Source: the human T2T-CHM13v2.0 reference genome, Homo sapiens. Taken from it: 64,000 nucleotides of DNA. The notes under the pieces are model-generated. The model had not been told where the DNA came from, searched no databases, and worked only from the letters and a program-made list of their open reading frames with translations. Below are positions 51,000-64,000 of the stretch, piece after piece. How positions within the stretch are numbered: the first letter of the stretch is position 1; every line of letters begins with the position of its first letter. The translations under genes and the position numbers were made by a program. The DNA lies in the NCBI RefSeq assembly GCF_009914755.1, contig NC_060929.1. The stretch is one strand, 5' to 3'.

Positions 51000-51800
51000 C
51001 AAAGCTTTCATTTTATAAGGACTGGACAGTTGCTTGTTTGGCAAATGTTTCCTGTGGGCCTTGTCTGCTCAAGGTGCTGGGGCTTAGAGGAGGTGAGATG
51101 GGCCATGGTCCCTGCTGGAAGGAGTCAAGGAACCTGTGGAGTCAGGAATTAAGTAAGGAAACCAACAAGGGAGCAAATATGACCTTTGCAATAATGAAAA
51201 CTGGAGGCGGCTTTACTGAAAGAGGATCTCGCAATTTTCTAGTCATTATTTTGTAATCTTCTGCTTAAAGAAGATCCACTAAACGGACAAGTTTTAGGTC
51301 CATCAACAACTGGGTTCTTCTGGGTGATAAGAACCAAAAAGAAGTCAGAGAAGGAAGAAAGGATAAATAGGGTGTGATGGTGTTGCCGGGGAGTGGGTCA
51401 GCGCACACTAGAGCAAAGACTCAGTGACATGAAGTGACAGAGGCCCCAAGGAGAGGGAGACCTGGAAGGCCTGTGTGCTAGTGATGAGCAAAAGAGAGGC
51501 AGTGGGGCTGGGGGAGGCGAGATGAGGTTGCAGGGCCCTGGGTTTACTCTGAGGAAGACAGGAATTTAAGTTGCCCTAACTCATTGCTTTTAAAGACCAT
51601 GTGCCATGTGAGGACAGACTGACCATCAGCTAGGGCCACTGCCCTTGTCCAGGTAAGAGAACCACAGCAGCTTTTGACTGATTGACAGGAGTACAAGCAC
51701 TAAAAAATGGCCAAATTCTAGGTCTGTTTTACAGGTAGGGTGGTAAATATCAAGTCTGACTGAAAGAAAGGAATCATGCGTGACTACGATTTGGGGCCTT
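51000..51800 (-). mobile_element. L2 remnant
   Basis: GTGCTGGGGCTTAGAG...GGTCCCTGCTGGAAGGAGTC, GGGTTTACTCTGAG and GTCCAGGTAAGAGA. Confidence 0.5.
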
Positions 51801-54769
51801 GGGCTTTTAATAAATGAGTGTGTTGATAATCATCACAGCAGTAGTTTTTGGTTGACTGACAGATGGCAAAGCAGTTCAGAAAGACACAGCCCTTCATTTA
51901 AATTTCTATGTTACTGGCATGACAAAAGCACACATTTTAAAAACTGCTATTCTTTTGTTCATGCAAAATGGAAAATAACATCTTTCTAAAATATAGAGTT
52001 ATGCTAAGTATACATGCAGAAATAATAGAGAAATTGTTTTGTGTCTTAGCCTATGGTTGTAACAAATGAGGAGTATTAAATTAAAAGTAATATATTCCAC
52101 CAAAAGAATTTATGATAGAAATGTCGAGAAAATTTTCTTACATATTTATTTTAATTTTAAATTAAAAATATACTGACTTTAAAAAAATTTAAGTCATCTC
52201 AAGACTTTCATTAAACCGGTAAAAATTGTATAGAATATAATTTGCTTTATTATATGTATTACATGATGGAAAGTATTTTTTGTTATGCACATATTTTTTT
52301 TTCTTTCTATTTTAGGTGACGGAGTCTCTCATATGTTTTGAAGATATATTTTTGTAGTAGTAAAAGCCAATGCTTAACCACACTAAACTGTGGTTGAGAA
52401 AATAATTCCAGTTTTGTTCAGTTCAGCTGATATTTATTAAGCATTGGTCCACATTCCCTGGGGTTGTCATGGTTTAGTGAAGGGGATACACACAGGAACA
52501 AATACAGTGTATGAAGCCCACAGGAAAGTCACAAAACCAGCCTCCTTAGGAAATGGGGTGGGGTAATTGTTTCTGGAAGAAATACCAGCTGAACTGACTT
52601 CTTGGGAGTTGAAAAACTGGTGACCTATACAATGTAGTACACGATTAAACTCTCAAATGCTTGGAGTGCAGTAGGTCCACGCTTTTTAAAGTTGAGAGCA
52701 CATATGGTAGGGTTCAGGGAAAGGACAGGCATCAGTATGCCAGACAATGGTGCCTCTTCTTGGCCCTTAAATTCACCCAAAGATTGGGGGCCATTATTTT
52801 TCATACTAATAAAGACTTGGAGACTTTACGAAGTAGAACACAAGATGTATGGGAATTTTAAAGCCAAAGTACAGAATGTAAGAGCGTGGCACGTTTCTAG
52901 AGAGCTGCTCTGGTCAACAGGCCCTGATTCCTGGAGCCCACATGGCTGAGGCCTGGCTCCACAGAGAGACCAGCAGTGGAAGGCTGGAGAGTGGGAGCTG
53001 GTCTCGGTAAGGGCCTGGGCCTGGGCCTGCACGGAGCCCCTCCCAGAGGTAAGAGACAGGGAGCGTGGGGGATGCTGGGAGGAGACTAGACTGGAGCTGG
53101 CACTGAAAACCACATAAATGAGGAAATAAACACATAAATGAGGTGATAGGACCCACACATGGTTTCTGGGCAGGAATGACAAGGGAGGTTGTGGCCAGGA
53201 AGACATGAGAACAAATTTGAGAGCTGGTTCAAAAGAAGGAATTATCCATCATGTAAAAGTGTATCTTAGCTATTCAATGGTTTGACCATTTTCCTGACAC
53301 CTAGAAATTTATAAGAAATTTATAGCATAACACACACAGGGGTTTCTACATCTCTCAACCATTTTTGTTTCAATCAACTTAAATGTTTTTACTCCAATAG
53401 CTCTGTGTTCTGAGCCCCAGCAAGGTAACTGGTGGAGCCATCTTGTGTTTCTGTGTTTAGCTCGGCCTCCACAATCAGAGGGTGGAGGCCGCTGGGATCC
53501 CAGAGGCTGAGCAAAAAGGAAAAGCTTAAGTTCCACCACTCAGAGCTCCCCGGAGCTCCCCGAGGAGTCTGCTGGATTTGACCACTATGACCCGCTCTTT
53601 CGAGACTCCACAAACTGAACCATGTCAACCTTATTTTTTCACATTTCTATTGAACACAAAGAAAGCTGTTACCAGGGAAATCTGTCCGCAACAAGGCAAA
53701 TTGAAATATGATTTATTTAATGGTGCTGCTCAGCTGATTAAATATTATTCACTCTTCATTTTGTCCTTCAGCCCAAGCAGAACATTGATATGACACTTGG
53801 ATCTTGGTATAAGAAAATACACATTTGGTGCATCTGTGACCCTTGAAATTTACAAAATTATGTACCAAAAAATCCCATCAAGTGCAATGCAGTGCATCCC
53901 ACACTGATGTGTCATCCTAATGGAGAAGGAGACCTTCTCCCAGGCATTCCATGGAAGGCCACTGCAGAAATTCTGAAGGCTCACAACTCTCCTAGCAGTT
54001 TGGGGGTTAGTACTGCTATGTTACACGCATGCCGATAATTTTATATGCACATATATATATATATAGTATAATGTCATACATATATAACAATGTAAACATA
54101 TATGTCCATAAGTAAATGTATACATTTAAAAGTGAAAATCGTTCAGAAAGGTCTTCTCCTCCTTCCCTCACCAAAATGGGATTCATTCAGTTCTTTATAC
54201 TATTTTATTCCAATTTAAAGCTTGTAGCGTTAATTTTCTTTTTTTCTTGTAACCCACCACTTGTGGGTTCAGAGGGCCTGCCTGTAGGTACTCTCCTTTC
54301 CAATAATTCAAATAGCTACAGATGTTGAGAAGGCTGTTATTTCTTTAATAATTTCTGTTCAAAGATTTTCAGTTCTGGAGTGTACCAGATTCAATGGCTA
54401 TAACCTCAATAATAAATAGTAAAATGCTCTGATTTTAATCTACTTTCAGAGGTTAGTTCTTATCAGTGAACTCTTTTAAAATCTTTCATGCATGAAATGT
54501 CAGGTTTATAAAAATCAAGTTTCTTTGTTCTCTGTTTTATTTACTGATTTTCTAATTTTGCATTTAAAAGAATACAGGCTATATAAATACCTTTGTTTGT
54601 ATTTTTAATACTTTAAAAATTTTCAGATGAGTTATTTGTTTATTGCATACAATTTTTCTCCAGACTGGAAGGAAGGCAATGATTATACTCTCAGATTTCA
54701 ATAGACCGGTAGATGCTGAGGACTAATAACGAAGCAGGGCCTTTAGGGGAGGGTTTTTTGTCTTTTATT

Positions 54770-55325
54770 TCTACATTCTGCACACACAGTAGTCAAAGTC
54801 ATATTTTCAAAAAACATACGTAACCAATCAGATCATGTTGATCACTGCTCAAAATCCTCTAATGATTCCTGCCACATTTAGAAGATCATTAACCTTGGCC
54901 TTCAGTCCTGCCTGACCTGCCTTGTCTTCTCTCTGCTTCCATCTCTCATTATTGTTTCTTACTCACTTCGGCTTCCATTGCCTTGGGCTTCTGGAAATTC
55001 CTGAGCAGGTTGTTCTCCCAGAGTCTGCAGAGTAGCTTCTCTTCCATCATGCAGGTGTCCCCTAAACCTGATTAGCCATCAAGAATGATGGTATGACCAC
55101 CCCTTCCCCCTTCATCCTCAATCTTCCCCTTCTCTAGGTTCCATCTTAGCTCCATTTACCACCTGACATATTTCACATACTTATTGGTTCATTTTCCGCT
55201 TCCATCCTCACCCAGAGAGATGTCAGTGCTGTGAGAGCAGAGATCTTGCCCGACTTGCTCAATGCTGTGTCCACAGGGCTGAGAGGAGTGCCTGGCAGCC
55301 AGCAGACATTCCATATATCCATGTC
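54770..55325 (+). mobile_element. L2 3' region
   Basis: ATCAGATCATGTTGATCACTGCTCAAAATCCTCTAATGATTCC...GTGAGAGCAGAGATCTTG...GTGCCTGGCA. Confidence 0.65.
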
Positions 55326-56433
55326 ATCTTTAGACTGAGCGCAGTTTTGACTACTGACTTTGAACTTCTGCAATATGTCTGATTGGAACGTCTGTCTGTC
55401 AGGAGAAGTATCATATATCAAGCAGATTCACACTTGGGAACAAGGACTTCCAGTGCCTAAGAAGATATCTCGGAAACTCAGAATATTATACAATCATGAA
55501 TATCATGACACTGGTCTGGCAAACATCATGCACCTCTAAAAATGTTTTTCTTACAGCTTTATCTTTTTATTTCATGAAGTGAGAGTAATTTTCCCACAAG
55601 TACACGACAGCACTATGTATAAAATGCCTCTGCCCTATGTACACCTGCATCTTGTTTGTGGGAGCCAGTGCTGAATATATTAGCTAATTATAGATATGCA
55701 GATGCCTTGTTTTCTTTAATGCAAAAATATGTAAAAGCATGTGAAATAGTGTAGCACTCAGGTCCATGGTTGAATATCCAATTTCCATTAAATGAACTTG
55801 GGTTAAATAGTAAAGAGACAGATAAAGTCGGAACAATAAGGAAGATTATTCATAATTCAAAATCTTCACATTCTGCTGTCACTCTTTAGGCTTTAAGACA
55901 CTAAAATGGGGAAAAATCTAAATTGCAAAACAAATTATCATCCATTGATTCATTTCTTAGGATGTTCATCACAGAGAAATTAAACACACAGCCTGGAAGA
56001 CTACCAAAAGGGGGAAAATGTTACCTTTGGGAACTCTCAGAGATAATATGGAAAACTGTTAGGTATTTACTAATATAGATATGCTTACAGGGGTGAGGGA
56101 AATAGTGATTTTGAATGACAAATTAAAGAAATTGTGGTTTACATTGAAATTTTCAAAAGGGGATTTTCATAACGAGAGTTGGGACTTATTCAACATATAA
56201 TCGACACATTTGCTTTCAAGACCATGTGGTCATTAATATGGAATGGATTGATGTGACCAGCCAACCAACTAGTCAAAGGAATAATGCTCTGTTAAGTGGT
56301 AAAAAATCCTGAATCTTATCTGAAGGAAGATAGCTCCACAGAGCAGGATGTAATGTGGCATCCTGCAGGCAGACGTGCAGCTGTGCAGGGTTCCTCTAAG
56401 AGCTGAGAGAGCATTTTCCGCACTCTAATACAC

Positions 56434-56953
56434 GGTGGTAGGCAGAACAATGCCCCCCCACCGCCACCCTATAAGATGTCAATGTCCCGATGCCTGAAAC
56501 CTGTGAATACATCATGTTACACGGAAAAGAGGAATTAAGGTTGAAGATGGAATGAAGGCTGCTAATTAGCTGATCTTAAAGAGTCTAACATTAACTATCT
56601 GGGTGAGCTCCATGCAACCAAAAAGTTCCTTTCAAAGCCGAAGAGAGTGGCAGGAGAGTCAGAACAGAAGAACAACAGTGTGAGACAGACTCAACCAGCC
56701 ATTGCTGGCTTTGAAGAGTGAAGGGGCCATAGACCAAGGAATGCAAGAAGCCTCTAGAAGCTGGAAAATGAGAGAAAACAGACTTCACCCTAGAGCCTCC
56801 AGAAAGGAACACAAACCTGCCAACACTGGGATGTTAGCCCAGTGAGACCAATTTTGCATTCTGAGCCCCAGAGCTACCAGATAGTAAGTGTATGTCGTAT
56901 GAAGTCACTAAGGGTGTGGAAATTTGTTACAGCAGCAATACAGTGCTCATACA
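56434..56953 (+). mobile_element. MLT1D/E-like solo LTR
   Basis: GGTAGGCAGAACAATG...GGAATTAAGGTTGAAGATGGAAT...CCTCTAGAAGCTGGAAA...GAAATTTGTTACAGCAGCAATA. Confidence 0.8.
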
Positions 56954-58216
56954 TAGGTGGAAAATCTGCTGCAAAGTTATGTGCTCATGAGGAGCACTTC
57001 AGGCTCGCTGGATAAGAAGTGGCTGCTTTGATCAGCACACCTGCAAACAGCAGAGGGTTGCTGTGCCCACTCATTCCCAAAGTCCAAGCTGCTCCCTCCA
57101 GGAGGTTGTAACCAATAGATCATCCTCCTGCTATAACCACCAGGGCTCATTCTTTGGCTGCTGGAGGAGGTGCCTACTGAAGGAGGTGGATCTATATTGC
57201 CCGCCTAAATATAAGTCTGATAGGACCAAGGCAATCTCAATGTGTGCTGTGCACACATTGCACTTCTATGTACCAAGAAGTACCAAGTGTGAAGTACTCT
57301 TTGTCCATTTTCTTGACTCAATGGTCAACTCACTGGCCATTGTCCACAAACCACTGTTAAATGACTCTCTTTTCAGATAATTTCAATGACGGAAGACAGA
57401 AAAAGTCTTCCCAAGGTGGCAGATTGCACAATGGATGGCTAATCCTGTCTACACAAGTAAGAAATCGTTCATTATAACTAGCATCTTTTCAGATGAGTCA
57501 TTCAAGAGAATACAGCCTGGTCAACTGGGAAGATGTGCTCTGGTATTTTGGTTTTGCTTTTTGTCCTGTTAACATTAACTTTCCCACAAACCAGGGAGGA
57601 AGGAGGTGGCTTTTCAAAAGTGTTCTCCATCATCTTGTGCTCTTGTCTGCAACTCCTGTTAATATTTATCACTGGCCTTGTTCTGATAAAGAGTCATAGG
57701 CAGTGCCTATGATTTCATTGTGGAAAAGAATGAAGCATCAGAAAGGATGCAGAGAGACCTGAATTCTGAGGCTTCCTGCTCATGCATTTAGTGGACATCT
57801 CTGGCATAACATAGGAATTTATTAAGGAAATCCTTACATTTAATTAGAGAGTTTTCAAGGCAGACCCTTTTTATGTCTGTATTTGAAATTTTCCAGGGTC
57901 TAACAGGAATTTCAGGCCGAAATGTCTCCTAGGGATGCAAGCATTCTCTACCAGTGCCTAAGAGCAAGCCACTAATCACTTTTCAAAAGGTAAGTATTTA
58001 ATGGTGGACTCTGGTGGTCAGTATGTTCAAAAGCTTAAGGTTGTCTTTCTGTTGCCCCTACTAGCTTTTGCCATGAACTCCAATCTCTTTGGGTGTTTGT
58101 TGCTATTTGGGTAAAGCAGTTTGTGGATCTTAGGCATCCAAGGTTGCGGCTCATATTATTATCCACTGAAGACCTTGAGAGCTTCTTGTTGTTTGGGACC
58201 ACCTTAAAAAATAAAT

Positions 58217-58350
58217 CCCTCCCTCCCTCCCTTCATTTCTTCCTTCTTTCCTCCCTTCCTCCCTCCCTTCTTCCTCCTTCCTCCTTCCCTTCTTCCTCCT
58301 TCCTTCCTTTTCCTCTTCATCTGTCTTTTTTCTTTTTTCTCTTTTTTTTC
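58217..58350. repeat. Polypyrimidine (CCTT/CCCT)n tract
   Basis: Directly visible. Confidence 0.9.
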
Positions 58351-59701
58351 TAATGGGACTTAACAATATCCCTGAATATAAGATAGGATTTCTTCAGGAT
58401 CCAAGGAGTTGTACCAAGTGTTATATTTCTTACTCATTTCAGGGTAGCATCAGGGAAATATTTTTTCGTCAGTTGACAAATATCCCTGATTCTTCAAATT
58501 TTCCCCGTTGAGTCATCCTCATAATTCTCCAGAATTGACAAGCCAGCATCATCTTGTCATCGGAGTCATGCTGGTGCCAACTCTGACAGTCTTCTCATTT
58601 GTAAGCCTGATAATCATTATACCAGTAAAGTTGCATATCAGAGTATCTTTTATCATTAGTAAGTCTGGATCCCTACATAAAAGTTTTGGGCCATGGGTAA
58701 GGTAATGAGCATATCTTTGTGTGAAAACTGTTAAAATAGATTGTGTGTGTTCTCTCAAATAAAGGCAAATTGAGATTGGCTTTTTCTCAGAAACTAGGAT
58801 TGAAAAAAAAGGCATTTTTCATATGGATGACAGTACTGTAAGCCCCTGGTGCCTACCAAGCTTCCTTTTTAGCTTGAACTACGTTGAATACTGTCAAAGC
58901 CACATGGAGCACCACTTTATTTAGACCTTAATAATCTATAAAGTCAACCCAGAAAAGCTGACTGCTTTGTTCCAATAAGCCATCTGTATAGAGAGGTGTT
59001 GCGAGCCAGGAGACCAGCCTCTGTGACATCCTTAGTTAATACAGATGTCACCAGTCCCTTCCCAGAAAATCCATCTTGTTTTCGTTTGGGGATTGCTGGG
59101 TCTTTCTGGCAGAGAGGCACTCAGTCAATGTGCACAATTACAACAGGTATACCCACCATTTTCACCACAGCTGTCCCCTCATGTGGAAGCTCACCCTGGC
59201 CTGCACATAGGGTGTGGCTGGATATGAGATGAGACCTTTCATTTTAAACAGCCACCATTCCTTTCTCTCTCTGAGCAGCCTCCAGTTCTTTAGTATGATG
59301 GCCAGGTATAATTACACTGATCAAGCTCAGTGTAAAATGTGGTTTCCCAACCAATGGCCATAAAAGTAGCCTCAGCATGTGGTCCCAGATCTCTCGCTAG
59401 AAGTGGTGGAAGAGTAGACCAGCCATCCCCATGCAGTGGGGGTCACCTGGCTGGTCCTCCTCACCCACTTCAACTATTAATCCTCCCACCATCACAAGAA
59501 TCAAATGGAGTTAAAATCTTTCTTCAAGATCACCATGTTTCCTCCCTTCCTGAAACTCCAGCAGGGAATTTTTCAAATCAGCTAACTTAAGCATAAATAC
59601 TCTAAATTTCCTAGAATCTTACAGAGGAGAGAAGAACATCAGTTTTTATTTCTTTTTTCTTCCAAGGTATTTAGGTTTTACTTATCAGTGGACAAGTACT
59701 T

Positions 59702-60085
59702 CTATGATAGGCTGAGTAATTCTCCTCCCTGAAGATGTCCAGGCCTTAATCCCTGTGAATATATGACCTTACATAGCAAAAGGGACTTTGCTGCTGTGAT
59801 TAAGAAACTTGAGATGGGACATTTGTTCTGGATTATCTGGATGGTCCCAGTGTCATCACAAGACTCCTTATAAGAAGAAAGAAGAGAGAGGGGATGTGAT
59901 GTTAGAGTCAGAGGTCAGAATGATGAAATCTGAAGACGAAGGAAGAGACCACAAGCTAAGGAATGCAGCCAGCCTTCAGAAGCTGAAAAAGTCAAAGGAT
60001 CAGAATCTCCCCTCAGGACACCATGACTTTGGCCCAGGAAAAGAACTTTGGAAATTACTCAGCTCTGAAATTTTAGATCTCTGTT
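59702..60085 (+). mobile_element. MLT1C/D-like LTR (partial)
   Basis: GACCTTACATAGCAAAAGGGACTTTGC...TGGATTATCTGGATGGTCCC...AAGGAATGCAGCCAGCCTTCAGAAGCTG. Confidence 0.75.
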
Positions 60086-62754
60086 GACAGAGTTCTTTCT
60101 TCTGTGGTCCAATTTCAGTATCTCTTAGAATAGGGTAGAGTTGTTCTAGCCTGTGAATAGGGGGCCTACTTCTCACTCCACCTCCCCAACTCCACTCACC
60201 AATCATTGCCAAACAGCTCCATCTTGAAAGGGGAGCTCTGTAAGACAACTGAAGGGAAGCGTTCTGCTCAACTGTCCATGTCACTATTTTATCATTTGTA
60301 AACGATATTATTATTAGTGTCTTCACAACATGAGAGAAAAACAGAAGAGGGACATATAGGAGGGAAACATTTAACTCCTGGTATGCTTCTCCATCACCTG
60401 TGAAGATGGTAAAAATCCATAAAAAAAAAAATTTAGAGTGTGTTTGCATTACATAGAAAAGAATAAAGAACAGCTGGGAGGTTGTGTCTCATTCCCCAGT
60501 GAAGAGGAAAGAAGGAAACTGGCTTAAAAGCCCCATAGATGGTGGCAACAGAAAAAATATTAGTTAGGTTAAGCAAAATTAAATGAAGGGAGTGCCAGGC
60601 AGTCGGTGAAGTCTGAGAAGATCCCCTGGGATTTAAGGGAAATGCAGACAGGAGCTTCTACTCCTCACATCTCCTTCATTCGGTCCATACTTGGGGTTCC
60701 AAAGCTCACCCAGCCCTCCTAACAATGGCACTGTCATTGTCTCTGTGCTCCTTTTCATTTGTCTCCATTTTCCCTGGACCCCTGCCCAGACAACAGATTT
60801 GATCACCTGGGGTCAGTAGCAACGATAATCCCCACTTCCATTCCAAAGCTTGAAAGGAAACTGTGCAGCGAACATACCCTTCTATGCGAGGGTGTGCTGG
60901 GATGAGTCCCAGGCATGCTACTGGAACGCTCTTTGCCCGTCTCCATAAATACTTAGAGATTGGATATGCCAGTATTATTCACCCACTGCTACAGTTCAGA
61001 GACGTTTTGGCTTAACAAAGCTTGTGTGGGCCTAATCTCCTAATATATCACACCGTTTCCAGGGGACATACATTTCAATTGCAAGATTCTTTCAAACAAT
61101 CTTTGGAAGTTGAAGAGAGCCTGTATAGATCCACAGGAAACACAGAAATCATCCCATAAGTACAATTAAATGCAAATAACAAAAGAGTTAATGCCAACTC
61201 AGTGTTCTACTTGTCATGCAAGAGGCAAATTAATTAAGAAGGATTGTAAGTACAGAAGAGCAATGTGAATTTTGAAGAGCTCTTAGCAAAGCAGATTTTT
61301 TTTTCTTATGTTTGGAGCATGGTTAAAAAGTGCACTAGGGCTAACAAACTAGAGTAGTCATATAATGAGCACCTATAGCTTTTCTTGAAACATTTAAAAA
61401 ATATTTGTAATGCTGAAGTGCATCTAATAGGAAGACACAGCTCTTCCAATCAGCGTCTGATACGAAATGACTGAAACATGGTCAAGCCAGAAATTTGCAT
61501 ACATTTAAAGTCAGCCAACTGGGGCACCTGTTCAAGTCAGGGAGGCTCTTCCCCTCCATTGTGTTAACTATTTCCAAGATGGCACATGTAGGTGCCCACA
61601 GAGCAGGGTTATTATGCATTTGTAGTTCCACCAGGTTGAGGAGGTCTAAATCTTTAGATTTAGAATGAACTGGAACAATAAACTTGGAAGATAAGGTTGG
61701 AAGAGTGATCAGAGGCTCAAAAGCAGTAAGTCTAAGATCATTTGCATAGGGTGGATTAATGAAACAGAGATTGCAAAAACATAGGAAAGCTCATAACTGC
61801 AATGAAATCTTAGGAGATGATGGCGCCTTATAATCTATGCATGGACATCACATGATACGAAGCCTTCTTGTATTGTTTCTCTCAGTATTTTCACAAAATG
61901 TTCTCTCCAGTTCTGTGAGCCAGAAAAACCTGGAGAACGTCTGGAAGGGAAAAATCAAGAAAATGACAGATAAACAAGGTGTGTCTTCCTTGGTTCAACG
62001 ATTTAGAGATTTTTACTTGGAAACAAGGCCTGAGCGTGCTGAGTCGGTAGCAATAAGAAGCCAAGTGTCACCAGGAGGAGAAAGGCCAAGGTTTTGCTGC
62101 CACTTCCCCTACAGACTAAAGCAAAAGAAATGACCAGAATGCCAGATGAAGAAGTTTATGGTGGATATAAAGTTAAACTATGTCCCTGAAAAAGCAACTA
62201 GTTCTTCAGGTACAGGTCTTCTTCTCTAAACGATGACATATCAGAAATGCATCAAAACGGCAAAGCACAGTGAGAAATCCCTCAGTGAGTGCCGGCTCCT
62301 TCACCTGTGATGCAAATGCGAATGGACTGACATTCACACAGGTCATCTGTTTCTTCTGCTCACCATTGCAAAGACTACAAACCTTTTGTGGGTGGGTGGA
62401 GAGGCGGGGGGAAGATAAAAAGAAGACCCATTAAAATAGAAGGGAAGCATGGCCCAAAGAAGAAATGGAGTTAAAATAACCCAAAGTGATATTTAGCAAA
62501 CCCAGAAAGGAAACTTCAAAGAGATCTGAAAAATACCTGCTGCATCATTGTTCGCAAGTCATGACCCAGTTTGAGAGACTGCTGTCTGACTCACGTCTGT
62601 TTTGCAAAGAGAACTTTGTGTACCTGGTGGTTTTAATCAGGAGTCTTGCCTCGCTGCAGGGTAGCTACATTTCATCACAATATTGGTCTGATTCCTTAAC
62701 TTCATTCACTTTGGGCTATTAAAATGGTCTCCTTCTGGTTATAAAGAAAAAGCC

Positions 62755-63048
62755 TTGTGGGGTGTGTTGGCTCACGCCTGTATTCTCAGCACTTTGGGAG
62801 GCAAAGGCTGGAGGATCACTTGAGTCTGGGAGTTCAAGATCATCCTGGGCAACATAGGGAGACCCTGTCTCTACAAAAAATAAAAAAATTAGTATGGCAT
62901 GGTGGCCATTGTCTGTAGTCCCAGCTCCTTGGATGGCCAAAGCAGGAGGATTTCTTGAGTTCAGGAGGTCAAGGCTGCAGTGAACCCTGATCACACCACT
63001 GCACTCCAGCCTGGGAGATAGTGAGACCCTGTCTCAAAAAAATAAAAA
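62755..63048 (+). mobile_element. AluJ (Jo/Jr-like)
   Basis: GGAGGATCACTTGAG, GGGCAACATAGGGAGACCC, GGAGGTCAAGGCTGCAGTGA, A tail. Confidence 0.92.
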
Positions 63049-64000
63049 GGAATAAGCCTGTCCATTTTACCACTTCCATCCTTTCCCCCTCCCCATCTCC
63101 AACATCCCACCTCCTGAAGCAGGCTGGACGTGAGCTCCAGCCCCCTGGTGTGCCCTTCCCACCCATCTCCTTCCATCCTGTTCTTTCTCCTTTCTCATTG
63201 GAGGTGGGAGGGAGAAGGAAGAGGTGTTTCCTTACATAAAGGCAGGCTAGAGGCCACCAGGCCACTGCCTATGTCTGTGGGCCATCTCTGCCAAGGTGAC
63301 TCCTGGGCTTTAGCAGGGGCCAGTTAGGTGGCTGAAGCTCTCTGCCACCCCATATCTTTGCATCTTTGGCCCTACATCTTTGATGCCTACACCTTGCTTC
63401 ACCCCTTCTGCCATGCTCCTGCAGGAACACGTCTAAATCCCTCCCTCACTAGTCTCTTCTCTCCCCTGTGACCCTGCCCTTGTCCATCTTCCTTGAAGGG
63501 ACCTTTAAGCATAAAGGAATACAGTCCTTGCTCAAAGTCTGGCTGAATCCCTGTGTGATCTCCCCACTGTACTCCAGCAGCCCAAGGCAAGTCACCAGCT
63601 CAGAAGCTGAGTTGACAGCCAGTTGGGGAAGAAGATGCCAGTTTTCCTTTCTTGCTGCCTCCTACAAACTTTAAGGGCTATTCCCATCCTTAGGCCCCAT
63701 CTTCCCCCAGTGTAGCTTCCTTTCCTCTCCTAGTTCTCCTGTTAAACTTCTAAATGGAAAAGATCATCAAACCAGTGAGGTCTCTACTGCCCCTAGAGAG
63801 ATTAGCTCTTCTATCAAGAGCTGGGCCCTTGAACTTGGTCCTGGGGGAGCCATATCTACTGAAGTCTCTACTCAGTGACCTCTAGAGCCAGGAGAGGTGC
63901 TCATTTGGCACCTCACACAGAACTGTCACGCTGACATCTGATGCGTCCCTGACATTTGGGAGGAGAGGCCTTTGTTGGAGGAGCCCTAAAATCTCTTTAG

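Noticed and set aside
53111-53143. CACATAAATGAGG direct repeat (also GAGCTCCCCG x2 near 53543)
   Set aside because: Two-copy slippage duplications, not an array.

Overview
Human (primate) genomic DNA lying inside the CTNND2 (delta-catenin) gene, which is transcribed on the minus strand. It holds one 214-nt armadillo-repeat coding exon (39680-39893); the rest is intron. The introns contain about 12 Alus or Alu fragments, L1PA/L1M/HAL1 remnants, MaLR/ERVL/ERV1 solo LTRs, L2, MIR, DNA-transposon fossils (Tigger2a, MADE1, MER58A, MER5) and simple repeats. I see no prokaryotic-type system, CRISPR array or new protein-coding gene, and the other ORFs look like repeat-derived or chance frames. The most interesting signals are: a tailless 84-nt Alu with a 19-bp target-site duplication (TSD); an old ~240-bp local duplication inserted in an L2; three candidate poison cryptic exons (two beside UG repeats, one in an antisense Alu); and a sense-oriented THE1 LTR with an intact splice donor. 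Repeat subfamily names come from recalled consensus motifs and need RepeatMasker/Dfam confirmation.
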